A stretch of 64,000 nt of DNA from Candidatus Rokuibacteriota bacterium. Its GTDB lineage: Bacteria; Methylomirabilota; Methylomirabilia; Rokubacteriales; CSP1-6. Under the pieces are notes generated by a model. That model worked only from the letters and a program-made list of their open reading frames with translations, was not told where the DNA came from and searched no databases. A program made the translations under genes and the position numbers. Below, piece by piece: positions 47,230 to 56,720 of the stretch (the stretch's first letter is position 1; each line of letters starts with the position of its first letter). The stretch is from the NCBI GenBank assembly GCA_003220685.1, contig QHTE01000052.1:270407-334406 (forward strand), written 5' to 3'.

Positions 47230-48202
47230 ATGACCGAAGGCAGAACGCTCGCGGACGGCCTCGCGACGTTGGATTCCTTGAGCGTTGCCGTGCTCACGGA
47301 CGATGTCAGCGACAACTACGTCAGCAAGACTCCGTTTGCCGTGTCGGAATTCGCCAACGTCGTCCGTGAAGGAGCCAGCGTCATCTCCGGCGAGGCGCTG
47401 CTGTGCGCGAATCTGGGCTTTGGGTTGAGACTGGTCTCGAGTGTTGGGGAGCAACGCCACACGCTGCTCTTCGACACGGGACCGGAAGGGCCCATCTTCC
47501 TGCGTAACTGCAAGGCCCTCGGGATACGTCTGGGTGAAGTCGAAGCGATCGCGGTCACGCACGGCCACTGGGATCACATGGCCGCGCTCCCGACGACGAT
47601 CGACCAGATCATCGAGCAGGGTGGGCGAGTAACGGTCCACGTCAATCCCGGAATGTTCAACGAGCGCGCCGTCCGCCTGGGCAGCGGCAAGCTCGTCCCG
47701 GTGGCGAACGACAGTCGTCAACAACGCGGAGGAACGTCTGCTGCTCGACAGCCACTTCTACTACAGCGGGCAGATACCGCGGGTCACACCCTTCGAGAAG
47801 GGCCGCGACGATCACTTCTGTCGAAAGAGCCCCGACGCCTCCTGGGAGCCAGACCCCCTGTTGCTGGACGAGCGCATGCTCGTGGCGAAGGTCCGAGGCC
47901 TGGGTCTGATCGTGTTCAGCACCTGCTCCCACTCGGGAATCGTCAACGTGTGCACGCACGTCAGGACCGTCTTCCCGAGCACTCCCATCCACACCGTGAT
48001 GGGCGGATTGCACCTCGGAGGTGTCATGGAACGCAATATCCCCGACACGGTGGATGGGTTGAGGTCGTTCAACATCGCTCATATCATCACCGGGCATTGC
48101 ACCGGCTGGCGTGCCTTGCACGCTCTGGCCGGCACTCTTGGCGATGCGGTCAGCCAGTCCGCAGTAGGTACGACTTACACCTTCTCGTCAGGTGCGCCGT
48201 GA
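47230..48202 (+). pseudogene. MBL-fold metallo-hydrolase, +1 frameshift near 47700-47711
   Basis: The N-terminal frame is good to ...VTHGHWDHMAAL...GKLVPVAN. Homology continues in the next frame (TVVNNAEERLLLDSHFYYSGQIPRVTPFE...STCSHSGIVNV...ITGHCTG, including track ORF 47861..48202). The span is 973 nt, which is 1 mod 3. Confidence 0.75.
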
Positions 48203-48316
48203 GGCACTACGACACCTCCTCGAACGCCGCCGCCGCGCTGAGCAGCAGCGCATCCTCGAGACGCCGACCGATGATTTGCAGCTAACAACGGACACGGCCG
48301 GCTGACTGCTGTCACG

Positions 48317-49531
48317 TCAGCGCCGCGCCTTGCGCAGGATTTCAGCGAGCCGCCGCGCTGTGAACGGCTGACGGCCGGCGGCGACGCCGAGCGGGGCCAG
48401 CGCGTCGGCCACGGCGTTCGAGATCGCCGCGGAGGCGCCCATCACCCCGCCCTCGGCCATGCCCTTCATGCCGAGCGGCGTGGCCGCATCGAGCCGCTCG
48501 AGGTGCTCCACTTCGAACGACGGCATCAGGCTCGCGATCGGCAGCGCGTAGTCGAGCAGGGTCGCGCTCTGGTTCTGACCGTCGGCGTCGTAGACGATCT
48601 CTTCCAGGAGCGCGCCGCCGAGCCCCTGCGCCGTCGCGCCGTGAAGCTGACCTTCGACGATGCGCGGATTCAGCATCCGCCCGCAATCCTCGACGATCGT
48701 GTAGCGCGCAATCGCGAGGGCACCCGTCTCGGGGTCGATCTCGATCTGGCAGATGTGCGTCCCGCTCGAGAATGTCAGCGGCGGCGGGTCGAACGCGTGG
48801 GTGACCTCGAGCCCGGGCTCCATCCCCGGCGGCAGCTCCGTCGGAGCGAAGTAGGCTTTCTGCGCGAGCTGGGGAATGGTCATCGCCGACGCCGGCGCCC
48901 CGCGCACTCGGATCGATCCGTCGACCAGCTCCAGGTCCTCGAGCGGCGCCTCCAGGAAATGCGCCGCGATCCGCAGAAGTTTCTGCTTCAACATGCGCGC
49001 GGCCCCGAGCGCCGCTCCTACACTCACGACGCCGCCGCGCGCGCCGCGCGTGCCCATGCCGTACGGCGCGGCGGCCGTGTCCCCGGATTGCACGCGGACC
49101 TTCTCGATCGGCAACGTCAGCGCATCGGCCAACGCCTGGGCGACCGTCGTCAGGTGGCCCTGCCCTTGACTGACGACGCCGATCTGCGCCGCGACGGCGC
49201 CGCTGGGCTCGATGCGGACGATCGCCGCGTCGTGCCCCGATCCGGGGATGCCGGCGGTCTTGTAGAACTCCGACCCGTACGTGTTCGGCTCGACGTAGGT
49301 GGCCACGCCGATCCCGGTGATCCGTCCAGCCGCGCGCGCCGCGGTTTGCTCGCGCCGCCGGTCGGCGTAGTGGAACGCCTCGAGCGCCCGCTCGAGCGTG
49401 TCGCGCGGGTACACCGACCGGTAGACCAGCTCCGTCGCCGTCGTGTAGGGCAGGTCGGCCGTGTCGAGCATGTTGCGGCGGCGGACCTCGATCGGATCCA
49501 GCACGAGAGCCCGAGCCACTGCCTCGATCGT
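48317..49531 (-). pseudogene. C-terminal half only of a xanthine dehydrogenase/CoxL-family molybdopterin-binding subunit
   Basis: Homology is recognisable from TIEAVARALVLDPIEVRRRNML to the C-terminus (about 405 aa). The N-terminal roughly 350-400 aa expected for this family is absent. The M at 49615 in the track is read-through into unrelated sequence. Confidence 0.7.
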
Positions 49532-49543
49532 CCCCTGATCGAG

Positions 49544-49870
49544 ATGATGTCCGAGGACTACGTGCGCACGGCCCGCGCGAAGGGGCTGCGCGAGCTCTTC
49601 GTGACGAGCCGCCACGCGCTGCCCAACGCGCTGATCCCGCTGGTCACGGTGGTCGGCCTGCAGTTCGGCTACATCCTCGGCGGCGCCGTGGTGATCGAGA
49701 CGATCTTCACGTGGCCGGGAGTCGGCCTGTTCACGATCCAGGCGATCCTGAACCGCGATTACCCGGTGGTTCAGGCGTCGGTGTTCATCCTGGCCACCGC
49801 GGTGGTGCTGATCAATCTCGCCGTGGATCTCTTGTACGTCTGGCTCGACCCGCGCATCCGGGTGACGTGA
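49544..49870 (+). pseudogene. C-terminal fragment of a DppB/OppB-type ABC peptide permease
   Basis: Only about the last 110 codons (IEMMSEDYVRTARAKGL...PGVGLF...DPRIRVT) resemble the family. Upstream, track ORF 48503..49870 is antisense to the CoxL fragment. Confidence 0.7.
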
Positions 49871-50712
49871 TCCGCCTGGCGCGGCGAAGCCCGCTGGCCA
49901 GCGCCGGCGCGCTGGTGGTCGGCCTCGTGATCATGGCCGCGCTCACGGCGCCGCTGCTGGCGACCACCGATCCGATCGATCAAGATCTGGCGGCGGCGCT
50001 CAAGCCGCCATTCTGGGCGCCGGACGGCTCGCTCCACCACCCGCTCGGCACCGATCACCTGGGAAGGGACGTCTACTCGCGAGTCATCTACGGCGCTCGC
50101 ATCTCGCTGATGATCAGCGTGCTGGCCGCGTTCCTGGGCGCCGTCGTGGGCGTGGCGGCTGGTCTGGTGGCGGGCTATCGCGGCGGGCGAGCCGATATGG
50201 TGATCATGCGTCTCGCGGATCTCAATCTGGCGTTTCCCTTGATCTTGTTGGCGCTGGCCGTCGTTGCACTGCTCGGCGCGAATCTGAAGAATCTCGTGAT
50301 CGTGATGGCGATCACCACGTGGATGATCTACGCGCGCGTGGTGCGCGGACTCAGTCTCGGTCTGCGCGAGCGAGAGTTCGTCCAGGCAGCCCGCGCGCTC
50401 GGCGCGCACGACGCGCGAATCATCGCGCAGCACGTCCTGCCCAACGTGCTGGCGCCGGTGATGGTGATCTGGACGCTCGAGGTGGCGCGCATCATCCTGA
50501 TGGAGTCCGCGCTGTCCTTCCTGGGCCTGGGCGTGCCGCCGCCGACGCCGACGTGGGGGCGGATGCTCGCCGAGGGGCGTGACTATCTGACGGTGGCGGG
50601 GTGGATCGCGGTGTTCCCGGGGCTGGCGATCCTGTTCACGGTGCTCGGGATCAATTTTCGGGGGGACGGGCTGCGCGATCTGCTGGATCCGCGGCTGCGG
50701 CGGCAGACGTAG
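49867..50712 (+). CDS. DppC/OppC-type ABC peptide permease
   Basis: In-frame GTG 49867 (GTGA overlap). LGTDHLGRDVYSRVIYGAR and ESALSFLGLG blocks. Confidence 0.85.
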   Translation: MIRLARRSPLASAGALVVGLVIMAALTAPLLATTDPIDQDLAAALKPPFWAPDGSLHHPLGTDHLGRDVYSRVIYGARISLMISVLAAFLGAVVGVAAGLVAGYRGGRADMVIMRLADLNLAFPLILLALAVVALLGANLKNLVIVMAITTWMIYARVVRGLSLGLREREFVQAARALGAHDARIIAQHVLPNVLAPVMVIWTLEVARIILMESALSFLGLGVPPPTPTWGRMLAEGRDYLTVAGWIAVFPGLAILFTVLGINFRGDGLRDLLDPRLRRQT

Positions 50713-50715
50713 AGC

Positions 50716-52206
50716 TCAATCCCGAACAATCGGGAATGACCACGGGCTGATCCGCTCGGCCGTGCGTTCGAGCGGATCCCACTCCTGGACGCGCTCCCAC
50801 ACGCGCTCGCCGGCGTCCTGGGCCGCTCGGCGAACCGCGGCGAGATCGACGCCGGGGATGACGCGATCGCGCATGCGCAGCACACCATCGACGATGACGG
50901 TGACCACATCGTCCCCGATGCCGCACTCCACCAGGGCCTTGATCGGGTCGCGCACCGGCCCGAAGCGCAGGCTGTCGCGCGTCTCGAGATCGATCACCAC
51001 GATATCGGCCTTGGCACCCGGGGCCAGACGACCGAGGTCAGTACGCCCGAGTGCCCGCGCGCCGCCGAGGGTGGCGGCCTCGAACACTTCGGCCGCCGAC
51101 GCGGCCGCGAGATTGTGGCTCATGACCTTGCCGAAGTAGGAGGCCATGCGCATCTGCATGATCAGGTCGCGCGGGTACGTGTCGCTGCCGAGGGCCAGGT
51201 TGATGCCCGCCGCGCGATATTTCGCCCACGAGTCGAGCGAGCGCGCCCGCCGCGCGATGTTCACGGGGCAGTGCGAGACGGTCACGCCGTAGCGGCCCAT
51301 CAGCTCGAGGTCGCGGCCACCCGAGTAGCTCATGAGCCCGTTGTCGGCGACGAGATTGCCGTGGCCCACGGTGAGGTCGCGTCCCAGGAGGCCCACGCTC
51401 TCCATCAGCTCCACCGGAGTCATGCGGTGCTCGCGCACGATCTCGTAGAACTCGATGATGTTGTAGGCGGCGTGGGTGACGATCGGCAGGCGCAGCTCGT
51501 CCGCCGCCTTCCGCGTCGCGCGCAAGAGATCGAGGCTGCACGTCTCCACCTCGCGGGGAGCGAGCAGTCCGCGCACGCGCCCGTTCACCGTGCCGTCGAC
51601 CTTGCGGATGAAGGCCATGGCGCTCTCGAATTCCTTCACGCCAGCCGCCTCGTCCACGACCCGCTTGAGCCTCCCCTTCTCGTCGCCCACCCAGCGACCC
51701 GAGTCGTAGCCGGCGCCGAGATAGGCACGCAGGCCGAGGCGATCGACCTCGCCGAGCAGCGCCTCCTGCACGCGGAGCTGGCTTCCGAACTCCATGAACG
51801 TGGTGATGCCGTTTCGCAGCATCTCGGCGATCGTGAAGGTCGCGAGCAGCCGTGTGCCGGCCTCCGCGTCGGCGTCGGTCGGTCGCGCGTAGCGGGGATC
51901 GCCACCCACCCGCGTGCCCTCGCGCGGCACGCTGATGTCGAGGAACGGCTGGCCGAAGAAGTCGGGCCGACCCGAGTCGGTGATGAGGCGGTGCGAGGCG
52001 CGGTGGCCCGAGTGCACGTGGGTATCGATGAATCCCGGGCAGACGAGCTTGCCGCGCGCGTCGATCTCGGCCTCGGCGCGCCCGTCGAAGCGGCGGCCCA
52101 CGTGGACGATGCGATCGTCCTCGTAGGCCACCACGCCGTCCGGGACGAGCGTGTGCGTCCCTTCCGCGAAGCCAACGACCCATCCGCCGCGAACGAGCGT
52201 GCGCAT
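50716..52206 (-). CDS. Amidohydrolase family protein (chlorohydrolase-like)
   Basis: Start MRTLVRGGWVVG at complement ATG 52204-52206. PGFIDTHVHSGH metal motif. The track start at 52398 is an extension. Confidence 0.85.
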   Translation of the reverse strand: MRTLVRGGWVVGFAEGTHTLVPDGVVAYEDDRIVHVGRRFDGRAEAEIDARGKLVCPGFIDTHVHSGHRASHRLITDSGRPDFFGQPFLDISVPREGTRVGGDPRYARPTDADAEAGTRLLATFTIAEMLRNGITTFMEFGSQLRVQEALLGEVDRLGLRAYLGAGYDSGRWVGDEKGRLKRVVDEAAGVKEFESAMAFIRKVDGTVNGRVRGLLAPREVETCSLDLLRATRKAADELRLPIVTHAAYNIIEFYEIVREHRMTPVELMESVGLLGRDLTVGHGNLVADNGLMSYSGGRDLELMGRYGVTVSHCPVNIARRARSLDSWAKYRAAGINLALGSDTYPRDLIMQMRMASYFGKVMSHNLAAASAAEVFEAATLGGARALGRTDLGRLAPGAKADIVVIDLETRDSLRFGPVRDPIKALVECGIGDDVVTVIVDGVLRMRDRVIPGVDLAAVRRAAQDAGERVWERVQEWDPLERTAERISPWSFPIVRD

Positions 52207-52213
52207 CACCGGC

Positions 52214-52348
52214 TTACGTGAGCTTCGGGTACCCCGCGTCCCGGGCGGCGCGCTCGCGGTCGAGAAAGACCGCGAAATCGGCGGGGGCCACGCGATCGAA
52301 GCGCGCGAGGAGCAGATCGTCGAGCGGTGTGGGGTCCGACTCGTCCAT
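52214..52348 (-). CDS. Possible 44-aa protein between the TPR and amidohydrolase genes
   Basis: My reverse translation: MDESDPTPLDDLLLARFDRVAPADFAVFLDRERAARDAGYPKLT. High GC3. The stop is 7 nt before the amidohydrolase ATG. No homology recognised. Confidence 0.25.
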   Translation of the reverse strand: MDESDPTPLDDLLLARFDRVAPADFAVFLDRERAARDAGYPKLT

Positions 52349-52444
52349 GATGGCCAGATCCACGCCGGCCGTCGTCCCACGCGAGCAACCGGCGCCACGC
52401 TGCGGCGAGGGAGGGCGACCAGGTGTACATCCGCGCCGAGGCGA

Positions 52445-54022
52445 TCACCGGACCGCCTTGGCCTCGCGAAGCTCGGGCCGCTCCGTGTCCGCGGAGGCCG
52501 CAGTGGTCAGGAGCTTCGCGTAGTAGGTCTTCGCGCGGTCCCGGTCGCCCGCGCGCTCGAAAGCTCGGCCCGCGCCGTGCAGCGACTTGAACCGGTTGGG
52601 CGCGACCCGCAGGGAGGCCTCGTACGCCTGCGCGGCCGGACCCGGTTGGCCGCCTTCCATGAGCATGTCGCCGTAAAGCTCGCGTGCCGTGACGATCGGC
52701 CCGGGCGTGATGTTGTGCTTCTCGGTCGAGGCCTCGAGCTCGACCGCTGACCGCATCAGGGTAAAGCCCTCGTCGGCCTTGCCCTCCGCGCGCGCCGTCC
52801 AGGCCGCCGCGGCGCGCCGCTGGATCTCGATCTGCTCGGCCCAGTACGGGTCCTTCATAGCCTCCTTGAGCGCGGCCAGCCGATCGACGTCGGCCCGGGC
52901 TCGGGCGGCGTCGCCGCTCCGGGCGGCGCCGATGGCGCGCGCGAAGTAGACCATGGCTTCCGTGTGCGGAAAGCGGTTGGGACGGGGCTCGATCGCCGCC
53001 GCCTCCGCCCACCTCCCGCGCTCGAGCGCCCACCGCGCCTCGATGGCGGCCATCGCGAAATGCGCCGTCGGCCGGCCCGAGTCGTACTTGCGCGCGGCGA
53101 GGTCGGTCATGATGCCGCGCGCCTCGTCCAGAACCCGACGGGCTTCCACGTCCTGCGCCTGCTGCAGATAGGCGTACACGAGATAGTCAAGGGCATGCAT
53201 GCGATCGTCCGGGTTCCCTCTATCCTTTTCTGCCGCGGCCGCCACGAGATTGCCCTGAATCGTCTCCGGCCACATGCCCAGCAGCACGTAGATGTGCGAG
53301 GGCATGTGCAGCGCGTGGGGCACGGACGGCGCGAACTGCGCGTAGCGGCGGGCGGCGGGCAATCCGCGCGCGGCGAGCGGCGGGTAGTCGTAGCCGTGGA
53401 TCATGTAGTGAGCGGCGCCGGGATGGTCGGGCGCCGAGGCGAAGATCTTCTCGGCGATCTCCGCCGAGCGTTTCTGGCTCGCATAGGTCTTGTCGTGAGG
53501 ATCGGCCGTGGCCTGAAGCGACAGCGCGTAGAAGGCCATGACCTCGCGATCGTCCGGATAGCGCTGCGCCATCTGCTCCATCAGCTTGCCGTATGCGAGC
53601 GCGCGCGTGCGGTGATCGAGCTTGTCCGCGTCCTTGAAGAACGCCTCCGCGGCCGCGACGAAGTCGCGCTCGCGAGGCGTCTTGGCGCCCGCGGCTGTCG
53701 CCTTCTCGACGGCCTCCCAGCCCCGCTTGAGCGCCGCCGGCGGCGGCGGCGACCAGATCTGCGTCCAGCTGCTCAGGGCCAGGCCCCAGTAGGCCATCGC
53801 GCAGTCGGGGTCGGCTTGAGCGACGGCCGTAAACGCCTTCGCCGACTCGAGGTACCAGAACGAGTGCAGGAGCGCGACGGCCCGCTCGAACGGCTTCTGC
53901 ACGGACGCGCTGCACGAGACCGGGAACCGCACCTGCCCGATCTTCTCCGTCTCGTCCGCAGCGACGGCCGCGCCGACGACAGCGGCGATCACGAAAGCAA
54001 CCAGCGGCGCGCTCCTCGTCAT
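52445..54022 (-). CDS. Secreted TPR-like repeat protein (hypothetical)
   Basis: 525 aa with a signal peptide. All-helical, Ala-rich repeat character. Confidence 0.7.
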   Translation of the reverse strand: MTRSAPLVAFVIAAVVGAAVAADETEKIGQVRFPVSCSASVQKPFERAVALLHSFWYLESAKAFTAVAQADPDCAMAYWGLALSSWTQIWSPPPPAALKRGWEAVEKATAAGAKTPRERDFVAAAEAFFKDADKLDHRTRALAYGKLMEQMAQRYPDDREVMAFYALSLQATADPHDKTYASQKRSAEIAEKIFASAPDHPGAAHYMIHGYDYPPLAARGLPAARRYAQFAPSVPHALHMPSHIYVLLGMWPETIQGNLVAAAAEKDRGNPDDRMHALDYLVYAYLQQAQDVEARRVLDEARGIMTDLAARKYDSGRPTAHFAMAAIEARWALERGRWAEAAAIEPRPNRFPHTEAMVYFARAIGAARSGDAARARADVDRLAALKEAMKDPYWAEQIEIQRRAAAAWTARAEGKADEGFTLMRSAVELEASTEKHNITPGPIVTARELYGDMLMEGGQPGPAAQAYEASLRVAPNRFKSLHGAGRAFERAGDRDRAKTYYAKLLTTAASADTERPELREAKAVR

Positions 54023-54035
54023 GGTGTGTGTCTCC

Positions 54036-55081
54036 TCAACGGTATTCTTTGGCCTGCCGGATCACCGCCGGATGATCGAAGCGGTTGATCTCGTCGATCA
54101 GCTGGTTGGTGAACACCTCGTTGACGTCCACGGCGCCCTGGATGAGCTGCTGCTCCCGATAGAGCGCGTGGAGCCGAGCCCACTGCGCGGGTGACGACGC
54201 GCCCCACCGCTTGTCCTCGCGGTTGTCGACCCGTTGGGTCTCGAACCGGGCGTTGAAGATGCGGAGGGCGTTCGCGAGCGCCACGGCCTCCTCGGCTCCC
54301 TGGAGCCGCGTCTGTGGGTAGAGCTTCCAGTGGATGCGCACCGCGGCCTCGGGGTTGGTCAAGCCGAAGAGCGTGGCCTTGGCGAGACCGCGGGCAAAGG
54401 CGACCGCCACACCCGGACGCTCGGCCAGGAAGTCGTCGCGGGCCACCACCACCTGCCCGAGCAGATCCTTCATGAAGGGTGCTGTGATCTCACGGAACTG
54501 CAGACCGCGGTTCTCGAGGCCGGCTTGAAAGTCGCCCCAGAGGGCCATCGCGTCCACGCTCTTCTGGGTGATCGCGACGGCAGCTGGCGCTTGACGTCCT
54601 TGTCCGGATCGACGCCGCCCGACGCCAGGAGAGCCCGGGCCACGGGCACCGCGCCGGAGGTGAGCGCCGAGACCCCGATCGTCTTGCCGCGGAGATCGGC
54701 CACGCTCCGGAGCGAGCTTTCGGCGGGAACGACGACGCGGAAGATGGTGACGCGCGAGATCGCGTAGAACGCCTTGATCTTGACGCCCTTCTCGCGGGCG
54801 ATGAGGGCGGTCTCCGGGCCCACCGTCGCGAACTGGATGTTCCCCGCCGCGAGCTGCTGGACGCCGGCCGTCGATCCTTCGAGCGTGGTGATCTCGAGGT
54901 CCAACCCCTCGGCCTTCCAGTAGCCGAGCGTCTGGGGGATCGACGAGTTGGCGGAGAGACCAACCGAGATGTCCTTGGTCGTGATCGTATAGATGGCCTT
55001 CTTCGGCGTCTTTTGTTGAGCGATGACGTGCTGGGCGGTGACGACGGCCGCCAGCGCGAAGGCGGCGATCAGGCGCCGACG
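54036..55081 (-). pseudogene. NitT/TauT-family (NMT1-like) ABC substrate-binding protein, frameshifted
   Basis: The N-terminal part (RRRLIAAFALAAVVTAQHVIAQQ...GVDPDKDVKRQLP) is in the frame of track ORF 54470..55768. The C-terminal part ((V)AITQKSVDAMALWGD...KEYR) is track ORF 54036..54557. The frames meet at about 54576-54580 with one nucleotide missing. No canonical start precedes the signal peptide. Confidence 0.7.
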
Positions 55082-55932
55082 ATGTGGTCGGCCTGCGCCC
55101 AGAAGATGACGCGCCGCTGGATCGCCTGGATAGCGAGGTGGAGCCCGACCCCGAGCGCGGCCAGAAGCAGCAGCACCGCGAACATCCCGGCGATGTCGAG
55201 CGAGGTGTGGAACTGGAGGATCAGGTTGCCGAGCCCGCGCTGGGAGCCGACGAACTCCCCGACGATGGCGCCGAGCACGCTGAAGACGATGGCGATGTCG
55301 AGCCCCGCGAACACGAATGGCAGCGCGTTGGGGAACGTCACGTACCGGAACGTCTGCCAGCGGCTGGCGTCGAGCGAGCGCATGAGGTCGAGCTTGGACG
55401 CATCGACGGTCTTGAGGCCCACGATGACGTTGACGAGGATCGGAAAGAATGCCACGAGCGCGGCGATGACCACTTTGGAGGTGATCCCGAACCCGAGCCA
55501 GACGATCAGGAGCGGCGCGATCGCGATCTTGGGCAGGGTCTGCAGCGCCACGAGATAGGGGTAGAGCGTCTGCTCGACCACGCGGAACTGCGCGATGAGA
55601 GTGCCGCAGGCGATCCCGGCGGCGGCCGCGATGAGGAACCCGAGCAGCGACTCGTAGAGCGTGACCCCGAAGTGATCGAGGTAGAGCCGGCTGGTGAGCC
55701 CGGCTACCAGCGCACGCCCGATGGCGCTCGGCGCGGGGACGAGGAACTCGGGGATGCGCCAGGCCCACACGACGCCTTCCCAGGCAAGAACGAACACGAC
55801 GAGGACCAGCGGCACCAATGGTAGATGCGGCCGCTGGCGGATGAAGGCTCCGGGCGCGCGCCGGAATTCCTCGAGCGCCGAGAGCTGCTCCGCCGGCGCC
55901 CCGTCGTCTTCGACCACGCTCATTCGAGCCAC
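55069..55932 (-). CDS. NitT/TauT-family ABC transporter permease
   Basis: 287 aa, polytopic. Contains the EAA-type region LDLMRSLDASRWQTFRYVTFPNALP. Confidence 0.9.
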   Translation of the reverse strand: MARMSVVEDDGAPAEQLSALEEFRRAPGAFIRQRPHLPLVPLVLVVFVLAWEGVVWAWRIPEFLVPAPSAIGRALVAGLTSRLYLDHFGVTLYESLLGFLIAAAAGIACGTLIAQFRVVEQTLYPYLVALQTLPKIAIAPLLIVWLGFGITSKVVIAALVAFFPILVNVIVGLKTVDASKLDLMRSLDASRWQTFRYVTFPNALPFVFAGLDIAIVFSVLGAIVGEFVGSQRGLGNLILQFHTSLDIAGMFAVLLLLAALGVGLHLAIQAIQRRVIFWAQADHIVGA

Positions 55933-56696
55933 CCTTTGGGTCCGAGTAGGTGCCGGATCTTCCGCGTGTAGCTCCCGAAGGCGTCGGACCCCATCATGTC
56001 GAGATCGCGCGGGCGCTCCAGATCGACCGTGACCACGTCAACGATGCGCCCGGGCCGCGGCGACATGACGACGACCCGACCGCCGAGGAAGGCGGCCTCG
56101 GGAATCGAATGCGTGATGAAGGCCACCGTCTTGCCCGACTCGCGCCAGATGCGCTGCAGCTCGAGGTTCATCGCCTCGCGCGTCATCGCGTCGAGCGCGC
56201 CGAACGGCTCGTCCATCAGGAGCAGGGCCGGATCGTGCACGAGCGCGCGCGCGAGCGAAACGCGCTGCCGCATGCCGCCCGACAGCTCGTGCGGGTATTT
56301 GTCCTCGAACCCCGCGAGGCCGACCAGGCCGAGGAGATCGAGCGCCCGGCGATGATGCGCCCGGCGGTCGAGTCGCAGGACGGCGACCGGGAGCATCACG
56401 TTCTCCAGCACCGTGCGCCACGGCAACAGCACCGGATCCTGGAACACCATCCCGACGTTGCGGCTGGGGCCGCTGACGCGCCGGCCCAGCAGCTCGACGC
56501 TTCCAGACGACGCCGAGAGGAGACCGCCGAGGATACGGAGCAGGGTCGTCTTGCCGCAACCCGAAGGGCCCACGATCGTGACGAACTCGCCGTCGGCGAC
56601 GTCGAGCGTGACGTCGGCGAGCGCTCGAATCCGGGTGCCGACTCGCGTGAGGTACGTCTTTTCGAGGCGCGAGACGGCGATGAGCGGAGCGGTCAT
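55920..56696 (-). CDS. NitT/TauT-family ABC transporter ATP-binding protein
   Basis: Walker A GPSGCGKTT, signature LSGGMRQR, Walker B LLMDEPF. Confidence 0.95.
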   Translation of the reverse strand: MTAPLIAVSRLEKTYLTRVGTRIRALADVTLDVADGEFVTIVGPSGCGKTTLLRILGGLLSASSGSVELLGRRVSGPSRNVGMVFQDPVLLPWRTVLENVMLPVAVLRLDRRAHHRRALDLLGLVGLAGFEDKYPHELSGGMRQRVSLARALVHDPALLLMDEPFGALDAMTREAMNLELQRIWRESGKTVAFITHSIPEAAFLGGRVVVMSPRPGRIVDVVTVDLERPRDLDMMGSDAFGSYTRKIRHLLGPKGWLE

Positions 56697-56720
56697 TCCC
56701 GGTATGGTGCGACGCAGGAG

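Noticed and set aside
48503-49870. 455-aa + strand ORF
   Set aside because: Only the last roughly 110 codons resemble a DppB permease. The rest is antisense to the CoxL-family fragment.
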